Shown here piece by piece: positions 20,386-29,948 of a stretch of DNA of 64,000 bases. The notes beneath the pieces are model-generated. The model did not search any database. It was not told where the DNA came from and saw only the letters and a program-made list of their open reading frames with translations. The number at the start of each line of letters is the position of its first letter. The first letter of the stretch is position 1. This stretch comes from an uncultured Nitrospiraceae bacterium (GTDB lineage Bacteria > Nitrospirota > Thermodesulfovibrionia > UBA6902): the NCBI GenBank assembly GCA_964393845.1, contig CAYMUX010000001.1, forward strand, positions 17,556 to 81,555, read 5' to 3'. The translations under genes were made by a program, and so were the position numbers.

Positions 20386-22251
20386 TTGACATTGAAGAAA
20401 AAAATACCTGTCATTCTATTCCTGATAATCCTCTTTGCCCTTGCTCTGAGATTATACGGAATTAATTTTGATGTCCCCCATCCGGACGATTATATAACTG
20501 TTCAGGGGGCCATGTATTTTGGACCGGCGCACATTCCTCTCAACAGGTTTGGACTTTATGGTCTCTATGTATGGCCGGCATTTACCATGGTCTATATTCA
20601 ATCGGTCCTTTTTTCGCTGTATTTCCTTGTTGGAATGATATTGGGCATATTTCCGGATATAGAGAGTTTTAGAAATCTTTATCTTTCAGATCCATCAAGC
20701 TTTCATCTGATAGGCCGTATAATGAGTGTTTTATTTGGAATAAGTACTGTCTGGGTTTTATATTATCTGGGAAAAAGGTTATATAATCATAATGTCGGCT
20801 TGATGGCCGCACTTTTTCTTTCTGCAAGTTTTATTCACAGCTTCCATTCGCAATATATAAGGCCTGATATTCCTTCGACGTTTTTTTCTGTATTAGCGAT
20901 TTTGTATTGTCTCCTGATCCTGGAAAAAGGAGATTTGAAATTATATGTAATGGCAGGTGTTATGACAGGACTTGCTACAGCGACAAAATTTACATCAGCT
21001 GTTCTTATACTTCCGGTAATTGCAGCACATATTATGGCTGAAGGAAAAGAATTATCAAGCGATAAACATAAGACGAAGGCCAAAGAGCTGCTTCCTGTTA
21101 TCTTAATAATTTCCGGCGCTGTTATGTCGGCATTAAGCATGATGTTCATATTTAATTTAATTAGCCTGGATGGGGTACGCTTTTCTCCTCATGAAGAACT
21201 CAATCAAAAGGTCATTGTTTCCCTGAGGCTCTTAATAAAGGCCCTTGCCGTGCCGGGATTCTTTTTAATTATCGCGGGTGTTTTATGCAAGTGTTCAACT
21301 TCTGTAAGAAATATTACAGTTAACCTGTTGAGTAACAGAAAACTATTATTTAGTATGGCTGCCGCCTTTTTGAGTTTTATGGTTTTTGATCCTATTTTTT
21401 TCCTTGATATCAAAAATCAAATCCGGATATTTCTTACTGACGCTAATTACGGAGGCAAAAATGTCTATTTTATCGGCATAGAAAACCGGGGGTTTTTAGA
21501 TAATATCTGGTGGTATATTAAAGGGCCTATTAACTGGGGATCAGGGCTTCATATTGAGATCATGGCCGGACTTGGTCTATTGATTGTTCTAATCAGGAAA
21601 AGAAGAGAGGATTTGCTTGTCCTTTTGTTCCCGATGATCTTTCTTCTTGTTCTCGGGGCTGGTAAATATAAGTGGGAACGTTATGCAGTAACATTCATGC
21701 CTTTCGTAGCGTTATACGCCGCTTATTTTCTTTACTCTCTTACGGAGAAGATTTTTACATATAGAATGCAAGAGAACCAGAAGGCTGTTGTAACGGCATT
21801 CTTATCAATTATTCTTGTTTTGCCGATGACATACGATATCCTGCGCTATGATTACCTTCTTATCCATAAAGACACGAGGGTGACGGCCAAAGAGTGGGTG
21901 GAAAATAATATTGTTTACGGAAGCAAAATCGGGCAGGATGCATATACATGCGATCTTTCAGATGAAATCTACAAGATCACAAGAAAATATTCTTTAAGTG
22001 ATGTGCCTCTTAATTATTACATTGACAATAACTTTGAGTACTTGATAGTAAGTGATACACAATACAAGAGGTATATGGCGAACGCTTTGAAATATCCTGA
22101 AAACGTTAAGTTTTACACTTCACTTTTTTCGGAAGGAAAACTGATAAAAGAGATAGAGCCGGGAAATGATCTGTGGCCGAAACCCGATGAAAGGTTTTTA
22201 AAGTATCATATGCATGTTTCGCCTACAATAAAAATATATAAAATTAAATAA
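20386..22251 (+). CDS. GT-C-like polytopic membrane glycosyltransferase (PMT_2/DUF2723-like)
   Basis: N-terminal TM helix then a YGINFDVPHPDD loop. Many TM helices plus a C-terminal soluble domain. TTG start. Confidence 0.5.
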   Translation: MTLKKKIPVILFLIILFALALRLYGINFDVPHPDDYITVQGAMYFGPAHIPLNRFGLYGLYVWPAFTMVYIQSVLFSLYFLVGMILGIFPDIESFRNLYLSDPSSFHLIGRIMSVLFGISTVWVLYYLGKRLYNHNVGLMAALFLSASFIHSFHSQYIRPDIPSTFFSVLAILYCLLILEKGDLKLYVMAGVMTGLATATKFTSAVLILPVIAAHIMAEGKELSSDKHKTKAKELLPVILIISGAVMSALSMMFIFNLISLDGVRFSPHEELNQKVIVSLRLLIKALAVPGFFLIIAGVLCKCSTSVRNITVNLLSNRKLLFSMAAAFLSFMVFDPIFFLDIKNQIRIFLTDANYGGKNVYFIGIENRGFLDNIWWYIKGPINWGSGLHIEIMAGLGLLIVLIRKRREDLLVLLFPMIFLLVLGAGKYKWERYAVTFMPFVALYAAYFLYSLTEKIFTYRMQENQKAVVTAFLSIILVLPMTYDILRYDYLLIHKDTRVTAKEWVENNIVYGSKIGQDAYTCDLSDEIYKITRKYSLSDVPLNYYIDNNFEYLIVSDTQYKRYMANALKYPENVKFYTSLFSEGKLIKEIEPGNDLWPKPDERFLKYHMHVSPTIKIYKIK

Positions 22252-22269
22252 AAGTATAAGGAGACGACA

Positions 22270-23685
22270 ATGAAGTGTATATTAGCAATGCCGGCGTGGG
22301 ACCTTTCAGATTCCCACACCAAAGCCATGAGAAGTTCTGTTGCCGGAATATGGCCTCCGCCCGGACTGATGTCCATTGCAGCGGTCTTGAGAGAGGCGGG
22401 ACACGATGTTACTATTCTTGACGGTACCCTCCTTTCAGCAGAAGAGATATTGAAAGGCATCGACGATATTAAACCTGGGTTTCTGGGGATATCCTGTGTT
22501 TCTCTTATGTGGCCGAAGGCGAGGGACCTTGCGAAAGATGTGAAAGAAAAGCATCCTGATGTGTATATTGCGGTCGGCGGACCAGGCCCTTCTTATTTCC
22601 AGGAAAAGTGTTTTGAAGAATCCGGTGACATTGACGCGGTTTGCCTTAGAGAGGGAGAATATACCGCCAGGGAAATCGTGAAAAGACTGGAAAAGGGTGA
22701 AGGCATGGAGGGCTGCGAGGGGACGATAATAAGAACTAAAGAAGGGATCATACGCAATCCTGAAAGGCCCCTGATAGAGAATCTTGACGAGCTTCCACCT
22801 TATGCCCTTGATCTGCTTGATATGCATAAATATCGTCCGCCCGTGGGACATTACAGCAGGCTCCCTATCGCCCAGATGATGAGCGCGAGAGGGTGCCATC
22901 TCAAGTGCATATACTGCTACAGGGTAAACGGCAAGACCATACGGCTTAAATCAGCCAAAAACGTAGTGGATGAGATGGAGCACTATATCAAAAGATTCGG
23001 AGTAAGAGAGATAAAATTCTGGGATGATCTTTTCACATATGACAAACAAAGGGTCCTGGATATCTGCGATGAAATTAAAAAAAGAGGCCTTGATGTTACA
23101 TGGTTCTGTGCTTCGCGTGTGGACACAATCGATGAGATTATGCTGAAAAATATGGCTGAAGCCGGCTGCTGGTGTATTCTTTACGGCATTGAAACAGGGG
23201 TGCCCAAAAACCAGAAAACAATAAAGAAGAACCTGGACTTGTCGAGAGCGCAGGAGACTATACGGCTGACTCACAAATACGGGATAAAAACATTTGCCAC
23301 GTTTATACTGGGGATTCCCGGCGAAACTTACGAAGAGGGATTACAGACCATTGAATTCGCGAAGAAACTCGATCCTTTTTACGCCGAGTTCTTTACATTC
23401 ACTCCGTTCCCCGGATCGCCCGTATATGATGAAATCAGCAAACACGGAACGCTCAGCTCTAATCTTTCCGACATCGGCATGCACAGGATGGGCTTTGTCC
23501 CCTATTCCATGACCAGACAGCAGCTTGCCAAACTCTGCACGATGTCATACAGAAGCGTATACATGAGGCCGAAACATGTTTTGCGCATGCTTCTCAGCAT
23601 CAGGTCATGGCTGGAGCTGAAGAACATGTTCAGGGGGGCCGTGGGTATTTCAAACATGCTTTTCGGAAGACATACCTCTGAATAA
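22270..23685 (+). CDS. Cobalamin (B12)-binding domain radical SAM enzyme (second copy)
   Basis: B12-binding N-terminal region (AVLREAGHDVTILDG ... GISCVS ... VGGPG) then SARGCHLKCIYC (CxxxCxxC). Confidence 0.8.
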   Translation: MKCILAMPAWDLSDSHTKAMRSSVAGIWPPPGLMSIAAVLREAGHDVTILDGTLLSAEEILKGIDDIKPGFLGISCVSLMWPKARDLAKDVKEKHPDVYIAVGGPGPSYFQEKCFEESGDIDAVCLREGEYTAREIVKRLEKGEGMEGCEGTIIRTKEGIIRNPERPLIENLDELPPYALDLLDMHKYRPPVGHYSRLPIAQMMSARGCHLKCIYCYRVNGKTIRLKSAKNVVDEMEHYIKRFGVREIKFWDDLFTYDKQRVLDICDEIKKRGLDVTWFCASRVDTIDEIMLKNMAEAGCWCILYGIETGVPKNQKTIKKNLDLSRAQETIRLTHKYGIKTFATFILGIPGETYEEGLQTIEFAKKLDPFYAEFFTFTPFPGSPVYDEISKHGTLSSNLSDIGMHRMGFVPYSMTRQQLAKLCTMSYRSVYMRPKHVLRMLLSIRSWLELKNMFRGAVGISNMLFGRHTSE

Positions 23686-23695
23686 GGGATCAGAA

Positions 23696-24685
23696 ATGCC
23701 TGGACTGCCTTTTGTTTCAATAATTATTGCCTGCCGGAGCATAGATAAAGACACGTCGATATGCATCCGGGAATGCCTGGCGCTGGACTATCAGGATTTT
23801 GAGATTATCGTTCTGCCTGATCACAGTGAAATAGTGGATAAAGAAAATGTAGTAGTTATCCCTACAGGCGTTGTAAAACCTTCCATAAAGAGAAATCTTG
23901 GCATGATAAAAGCAAAGGGGGAGATTTTTGCCTTTATCGATGCTGATGCGTACCCGGAACGAGATTGGCTTAAAAAGGCTGTTCAGTATTTTATTTCTTC
24001 ACGGGATGTGGGGGCAGTCACAGGCCCGAATATCACTCCGCCTGAAGATAATTTCCGGCAGAAAGTCAGTGGTGATATCTTGAATTCCTATGTGGGCCTT
24101 GGCAAATTCAGCAGGCGTTATCAAATTACAAAAGGAGATTTTGAGACAAAGGATATTATGTCATGCAACTTTATTTTTTCAAGAAGCGTTGCAGAAACAC
24201 TCAACGGTTTTGATGTAACGCTCTTGACAGGCGAGGATTATAAACTGGGACTTGAGATATTAGCATTGGGCAAGAAAATAGTCTATTCTCCAGGCGTGTG
24301 TGTTTATCATCACAGGAGACCCGTATTCCTGCCCCATCTGAAGCAGATGTGGAATTACGGCAGAGATAAGGGAATATTGATGAGGGATTTTTTTTCCATA
24401 GATAAGACAGTATATTTTCTGCCTACAGCATTTATTACCTGGATACTGGGAGGCATGCCCGTGTCCTTTTTAGGACATGGGCATTTAAAGACGCTTTATC
24501 TTGTGACACTTTCCGGATATCTGACAGCTGTGCTTGTGTCAAGTCTGAGTATAGACGATAAAAAACGGTCTGCCTATGTATTTTGCGGCATATGTTTAAC
24601 TCATATAGTGTATGGCATAGCATTTGTTAAAGGCCTGATTGCCCGAAAAGATCCTGACAATCAATCTTCTAATAATAAGAAATGA
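23696..24685 (+). CDS. GT2 glycosyltransferase with C-terminal TM helices
   Basis: VSIIIACRS ... FEIIVLPD ... FIDADAYP motifs. C-terminal hydrophobic segments. Confidence 0.7.
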   Translation: MPGLPFVSIIIACRSIDKDTSICIRECLALDYQDFEIIVLPDHSEIVDKENVVVIPTGVVKPSIKRNLGMIKAKGEIFAFIDADAYPERDWLKKAVQYFISSRDVGAVTGPNITPPEDNFRQKVSGDILNSYVGLGKFSRRYQITKGDFETKDIMSCNFIFSRSVAETLNGFDVTLLTGEDYKLGLEILALGKKIVYSPGVCVYHHRRPVFLPHLKQMWNYGRDKGILMRDFFSIDKTVYFLPTAFITWILGGMPVSFLGHGHLKTLYLVTLSGYLTAVLVSSLSIDDKKRSAYVFCGICLTHIVYGIAFVKGLIARKDPDNQSSNNKK

Positions 24686-25455
24686 TTATGGAGTATGAGA
24701 CAATGGAAAATTCACCTTTCGTATCTTTAGTTATTCCGACTTACAATGAGGAAAAAAGGCTCAAGGACAGCCTGATATCGATACAAAAATACATTGGAGA
24801 AAAACCTTATTCCGTTGAGATAATTGTAGTGGATGACGGCAGCATAGATGAAACCATATCAGTTGCCAGAGAATGCCTGAACGGAAATTGCAGACATTCC
24901 ATATTGACTTCTTCAAGAAACGGAGGCAAGGGTTACGCTGTAAAAAAAGGAATCCTGAATGCAAAAGGGAAATACATTGTTTTTATGGATGCGGATTTGT
25001 CCACTCCGATAAAAGAACTGGACAGGTTCTTGAAAATACTAGAGGAGGGATGTGATGTTGTAATAGGTACCAGGAAAAACAGGGAGGCAAGCGTTATGAA
25101 GAGACAGCCTCTGTACCGGGAATTATTAGGCAAAGGTTTTACCTTCTTGTCGAATATGCTGCTGGTGGAAGGGGTCTCGGATTTTACTTGCGGATTTAAG
25201 GGATTTAAGAAAGAGGCGGGCCAGGACATATTTCGAAGACAGTTAATACAAAATTGGAGCTTTGATGCGGAAATATTGTTTTTAGCAAAAAAGCTTGGAT
25301 ATAAAATAAAAGAGATCCCTGTTACCTGGTTTGATGCAGAAGGATCAAAAGTAAGGTTATCGAGAGACATTATAGGTTCATTAAATGGTATTCTGCGAAT
25401 CAGACTCAATTATGTATTTGGGATTTACGGGTTGAGGGAAAGAGGTAATAAATAA
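24682..25455 (+). CDS. GT2 dolichyl/polyprenyl-phosphate hexose synthase (DPM1-like)
   Basis: VSLVIPTYNEE ... IIVVDDGSIDET ... IVFMDADLSTP. No TM tail (soluble DPM1-type). Confidence 0.8.
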   Translation: MIMEYETMENSPFVSLVIPTYNEEKRLKDSLISIQKYIGEKPYSVEIIVVDDGSIDETISVARECLNGNCRHSILTSSRNGGKGYAVKKGILNAKGKYIVFMDADLSTPIKELDRFLKILEEGCDVVIGTRKNREASVMKRQPLYRELLGKGFTFLSNMLLVEGVSDFTCGFKGFKKEAGQDIFRRQLIQNWSFDAEILFLAKKLGYKIKEIPVTWFDAEGSKVRLSRDIIGSLNGILRIRLNYVFGIYGLRERGNK

Positions 25456-25481
25456 TGTCACGCTATAGGATAGGGGATTAA

Positions 25482-26231
25482 ATGAGAGAAGAGTTTTATG
25501 ATGAATTTTCAACGCTGGTAAATTGGCACTGGTGGTATATAGGCCGTAAGAAAATAGTACTGAAACAAATAGAAAAATACTTTAACACGGAAGGGGCAAA
25601 TATCCTGGATATAGGATGCGGGCCCGGTGGCATGTTAAATGACTTACAAGCCTGTGGAAAAGTGTTTGGAATAGACAGCAGTTTCAAGACCATAAAATTA
25701 TGCAGAGAAAAGGGTTACTTAAATACCTGTAATTCTAATGTGGAAAATCTGCCGTTTGAAGATTCTTCTTTTTCGGCGGTTTTAATGCTGGATGTGCTTG
25801 AGCATGTTAATAATGATAAAGATGTCCTTAATGAAGCGGTACGAGTATGTAAGCCGGGAGGGCTTATACTTCTTACCGTACCTGCGTTCCGGTTTCTATG
25901 GGGTAATATAGATATTGTTACCCATCACAAAAGAAGATATACGATCAATGATCTGAAAATGCTGATGGGAACAAGCGGGGTACGCATTGTAAAGGCGTCG
26001 TACTTTAATTTTTTCTTGTTTCCCTTTATTGCCGCCGTTAGAATTATGGAAAGATTTATGTTCAAGAAATTTCAGGGTGAAGCGCCGGTTAAATCCGATT
26101 TTGCATTCAACAAACCCGGAATTATCAATCAACTGTTGACCGCAGTCTTTGCGGTTGAATCCAAACTGCTTTCCTCATTTAATTTCCCTGTCGGAGTATC
26201 TATAATTTTCTTATTGAAAAAAGCAGCGTGA
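25482..26231 (+). CDS. Class I SAM-dependent methyltransferase
   Basis: ILDIGCGPGGML motif I. VFGIDSS motif II. LMLDVLEHV. Confidence 0.75.
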   Translation: MREEFYDEFSTLVNWHWWYIGRKKIVLKQIEKYFNTEGANILDIGCGPGGMLNDLQACGKVFGIDSSFKTIKLCREKGYLNTCNSNVENLPFEDSSFSAVLMLDVLEHVNNDKDVLNEAVRVCKPGGLILLTVPAFRFLWGNIDIVTHHKRRYTINDLKMLMGTSGVRIVKASYFNFFLFPFIAAVRIMERFMFKKFQGEAPVKSDFAFNKPGIINQLLTAVFAVESKLLSSFNFPVGVSIIFLLKKAA

Positions 26232-27688
26232 ATCATTATATGTCCATACAATACTACCTTGTCAAGGCTGTTAATTCCATGGTTTCAGGTATCATGAGGC
26301 AGATGATAATTAATTCGGAAAAGTACTGTCTTCTGACGGTCATTTCCCTGACGATGATCATAGTTACTGCCGGGTGCCGTGTTTCCGAAAGAAATAAGAA
26401 TTCTGCTGCTACAGAAGGGCTCCGGCCTGTCGTTATTGATGACAGAAACATTGTCGGAGATCATGTAACCACCCGTCCACATAACCGAAAAGTTATATAT
26501 CATGCCGCCGGCGGTTACTGGTATGTTTTTTATGGACATGGCGGTAAAGATCCTGACGGCAAACATCGGGTATCATGGCGCTCGTCGAAAGACGGGATAA
26601 ACTGGTCGGAACGTTATACAGCTTTTGAAGGAGGTTCTCATTCCAGCTCTCTGGATGTTATGGCTACTGATGACAAAATCACAGCATTGATTTTTCGTCC
26701 TGATTACTATCGTGAGCGTGCCAATGTTCCCGAAGAGCGAAACGGAATACTCTGGTTTAAGCGTCAAGACCATGATTTCTATTTGCCTTATGAAATTAGT
26801 CAATATTATATGAGTGAAGGTGACTTAATACCAGGGCCTGTCTATCCGGTTATGGGCGGTACTTCATATGAGGGATTAGTCCATTATGGCTCTTTGACAC
26901 AAGACTCGGATGGATTTTTCTGGGTTGGGGGGCGCATGGAAAGGCACTTGGAAAAAGAACCTTTCGAAGCATGGGTGAGCCGCTCAAGTAAAGCAAACGA
27001 TATATCAAAATGGGAGCCGCATATTATGCTTTATCGTGCTGCTGCGCGCGGCACGGTTGCAGTTCAGGTCGTTGCGCTGGATGGCGGAAAAATCTTTGCC
27101 GTGATCTACTCAAAATCTGATGTGAAGATTTTCGGTTCTTTATACGATCCAAAAACCGGCAGATGGGAAAAACCGTATGTAATTACAGAAGGCAATGCAG
27201 AGAGTAAACGGGCAGTTGCAGCTTTTGATCCCGGGACTAATCGTCTGCACCTCGTTTATATTGATAACTCAGGAGCGCTAAGACATAAAATCTTATCGCA
27301 CCCTTATGAGGGAGATGATTGGTCGCCAAAAGCAGGGAACGGAAGTCCGGGTTTCTTAATTGATTCAAATGTCGTTACAAAAATAAAAGCGGGTAATGAT
27401 ATTTCTCTTTCTGTTGATACCTCAAAAGTTCCGGCCCACTTAGTTGTGGCCTATCAAAAAGAAACTCCCCATTATCGCATACGTTGGTATGACGGTAAGG
27501 AATGGGGAACAGGGGAGTTTCAAATCGGGATACAGGAACCAGACCGTTATACTGATGAGATCAGCTTGATTAGAGACTATTCTGATCAATTGGGCCTGAT
27601 TTATTATGTTAAACCTGATATGAAGCGGAAAGGTGAAGTACACTTTTTGAAGATTCCGAAAGATATTTTTCAGGACAATAAAAATTAG
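26228..27688 (+). CDS. Secreted or lipoprotein beta-propeller-like protein (BNR/Asp-box-like repeats), function unknown
   Basis: N-terminal hydrophobic segment ending in a TAGC lipobox-like site. Repeated SxDGxxW-like motifs (SSKDGINWS). Likely true start at ATG 26240. Confidence 0.4.
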   Translation: MNHYMSIQYYLVKAVNSMVSGIMRQMIINSEKYCLLTVISLTMIIVTAGCRVSERNKNSAATEGLRPVVIDDRNIVGDHVTTRPHNRKVIYHAAGGYWYVFYGHGGKDPDGKHRVSWRSSKDGINWSERYTAFEGGSHSSSLDVMATDDKITALIFRPDYYRERANVPEERNGILWFKRQDHDFYLPYEISQYYMSEGDLIPGPVYPVMGGTSYEGLVHYGSLTQDSDGFFWVGGRMERHLEKEPFEAWVSRSSKANDISKWEPHIMLYRAAARGTVAVQVVALDGGKIFAVIYSKSDVKIFGSLYDPKTGRWEKPYVITEGNAESKRAVAAFDPGTNRLHLVYIDNSGALRHKILSHPYEGDDWSPKAGNGSPGFLIDSNVVTKIKAGNDISLSVDTSKVPAHLVVAYQKETPHYRIRWYDGKEWGTGEFQIGIQEPDRYTDEISLIRDYSDQLGLIYYVKPDMKRKGEVHFLKIPKDIFQDNKN

Positions 27689-27735
27689 TTTGAATAAGGC
27701 AGAAACTTCATTAATTATGCTTTCAGGAGGATATA

Positions 27736-29892
27736 ATGGGAATAAAGACCGGTTCCAGTTCAAGTTATTATAAGGATATCATTAAGTCGGTTGTAATTTG
27801 GACTTTGTGTATCTCCCTTTTTGAATCTTTTAAAATTACAATCAGCACTTCGGTGCGTTATATAGCGCCGTGGGATGTGTTTGTGATTTCTGTTGCCCTT
27901 TTCTTCACTTATTTGGTTATATGGGCGGCAGTCATGTTTCCGGCAGCTTTTTTGCTGAAGTCGTTTTTACAAAAAAGAGATATGTCTGAAGGAAGTCTGA
28001 CGACTATTTATTGCTCCGTAGCGCTGTTTTTGTATGAATTATTCTGGATTGTATATAAGTCCGCTTATGAAGGATTAACAAACACTTCCTACGGGGTGTT
28101 TTTTCCGTTGGCTCAATTAGTCCTTGCCGGTGTTATCGCATACGCTGTATTTCAACTTGCAGAGTTTCTCAGGAATAAGGGGCATCTGAAGCAGTTAGGG
28201 CTTAAATTATTCAGTTTATGGTTGACTGTCTTAGCTTACATGATGTTGAACATTTATTTGAAGTCATCCTTTGAACAGGGATTTAACTCGCTGTATTCTG
28301 TTTCACTCTTTGTATTATTTCTGGTGGTTTATAAAATATTGGTTGCCTTATTCAGAAAAGTCAGACTGAAATCTACCATGTCTGTTTTACTCCTGATTGT
28401 CACAAGAATAAAACTTTTTATAATCATCTCAGTTTCAGCAGCGCTTCTGTTTGGTTTTGCCTATTACGGCATGGCAAAAAAGACCGACATATCCTCAAGT
28501 CCTAATATCTTATTTATTTCAATCGATACCTTAAGGGCCGACCATCTCTCCTGTTACAGTGAAATCAAGGGGAAGACTTCACCTAACATTGACAGGATTG
28601 CTCAGAGCGGATATATATTTTCTAATGCGTATTCACCAACTACATGGACCCTTCCCGGACATGCTTCAATGATGACGGGTTTATTTCCTTCTTCCCATAA
28701 AGCGGACAGGAGCCTTCACCAGACATTAAGCCGTCCTGTAGATCCACTGTCTCCCTCTGTACTGACTCTTGCAGAAATCTTAAGAGAGAAAGGGTATCTG
28801 ACGGCCGGTATTATCAGCAACCCTTTCGTTTCCCGTTCATTCGGCATGGACCAGGGTTTCGAGTTTTATGATGATCAGGTGGATCTCTTCGAAGACGTGC
28901 GGTATTTATCATTGAAAGATGAATCAATGCTCTTTAAGCTTATCGAGATACTGAAGATAATTGATACAAACGATTATGATGGGGAGAGAAGAGTTGTGGA
29001 GGTAAATGAAAAGGCCTTCAGATGGCTTAACGATAACAAGGACAAGAAAGAACCCTTTTTTCTGTTTCTACACTACAATGAACCTCACTATAAATATGAA
29101 CCGCCGTCTCCATATAACAAAAACAGCGGCGGACGGGAGTTGCCTTATTTTGATGACATAGCGAGATTGAATAAAGGAGAATTTACTCTTAGTTCTTCAA
29201 GTCTAAAGGATATGCTGGATCTTTACGATGGAGAGATAACCTATCTGGACCATTACCTGGGATTGCTTTTTAATAAGCTTGATGATTGGCAGCTTCTAGA
29301 AAATACGGTTTTGATAATCACATCAGATCATGGAGAGAGTTTTAACGAGCATGAAGTATGGCAGCATGGAAACAGTTTATATGAAGAGCAGATTCGCGTA
29401 CCATTAATTATCCTCTATCCCAAATTAAAACCTGACGGCGTTATTAATAAAGATATTGTGCAAACTGTTGATTTGATGCCGACCGTTCTGGATCTTCTGA
29501 ACATCCCTGTCCCTGGAAATGTTCAGGGAAGAAGTCTTGTTCCCCTTCTAAAAGGAGAGACGGAACGCAACTTCAATCTCGCCTTTGCGGAAATTCGTCC
29601 GGACATTAACTGGAAGGCCCAAAACCCGAAATATGGAATTGGCATGAGAGCAGTGATTTATAAAGAGTGGAAGTATATTCAATCTGATGACGGAAAAGAA
29701 GAACTTTATAATTTAAGTGATGACCATAACGAAAATATTAATTTGATTCACAAAGAAAAAGAAAAAGCGGATGAAATTCGTAAAATATTAAACTCATGGT
29801 CAAGTGCCGTCACTCTTAATAATGGTGAAAAGCAGGAGAAAATAGACAGCGGCAGGCTGGAACAATTACGCTCGCTCGGGTATCTGAAGTAG
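27736..29892 (+). CDS. Membrane-anchored sulfatase-fold transferase (LtaS/OpgB-like) with C-terminal LRSLGYLK tail
   Basis: Multi-TM N-terminus. NILFISIDTLRADH. TSPNIDRIA. Nucleophile region WTLPGHASMMTG (Thr, His in place of Arg). TSDHGESF. Confidence 0.75.
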   Translation: MGIKTGSSSSYYKDIIKSVVIWTLCISLFESFKITISTSVRYIAPWDVFVISVALFFTYLVIWAAVMFPAAFLLKSFLQKRDMSEGSLTTIYCSVALFLYELFWIVYKSAYEGLTNTSYGVFFPLAQLVLAGVIAYAVFQLAEFLRNKGHLKQLGLKLFSLWLTVLAYMMLNIYLKSSFEQGFNSLYSVSLFVLFLVVYKILVALFRKVRLKSTMSVLLLIVTRIKLFIIISVSAALLFGFAYYGMAKKTDISSSPNILFISIDTLRADHLSCYSEIKGKTSPNIDRIAQSGYIFSNAYSPTTWTLPGHASMMTGLFPSSHKADRSLHQTLSRPVDPLSPSVLTLAEILREKGYLTAGIISNPFVSRSFGMDQGFEFYDDQVDLFEDVRYLSLKDESMLFKLIEILKIIDTNDYDGERRVVEVNEKAFRWLNDNKDKKEPFFLFLHYNEPHYKYEPPSPYNKNSGGRELPYFDDIARLNKGEFTLSSSSLKDMLDLYDGEITYLDHYLGLLFNKLDDWQLLENTVLIITSDHGESFNEHEVWQHGNSLYEEQIRVPLIILYPKLKPDGVINKDIVQTVDLMPTVLDLLNIPVPGNVQGRSLVPLLKGETERNFNLAFAEIRPDINWKAQNPKYGIGMRAVIYKEWKYIQSDDGKEELYNLSDDHNENINLIHKEKEKADEIRKILNSWSSAVTLNNGEKQEKIDSGRLEQLRSLGYLK

Positions 29893-29948
29893 GAATTAAT
29901 ACAAAGTCCTTTATTATTCATTATCATATCAACAACGGTTTAATAGCA

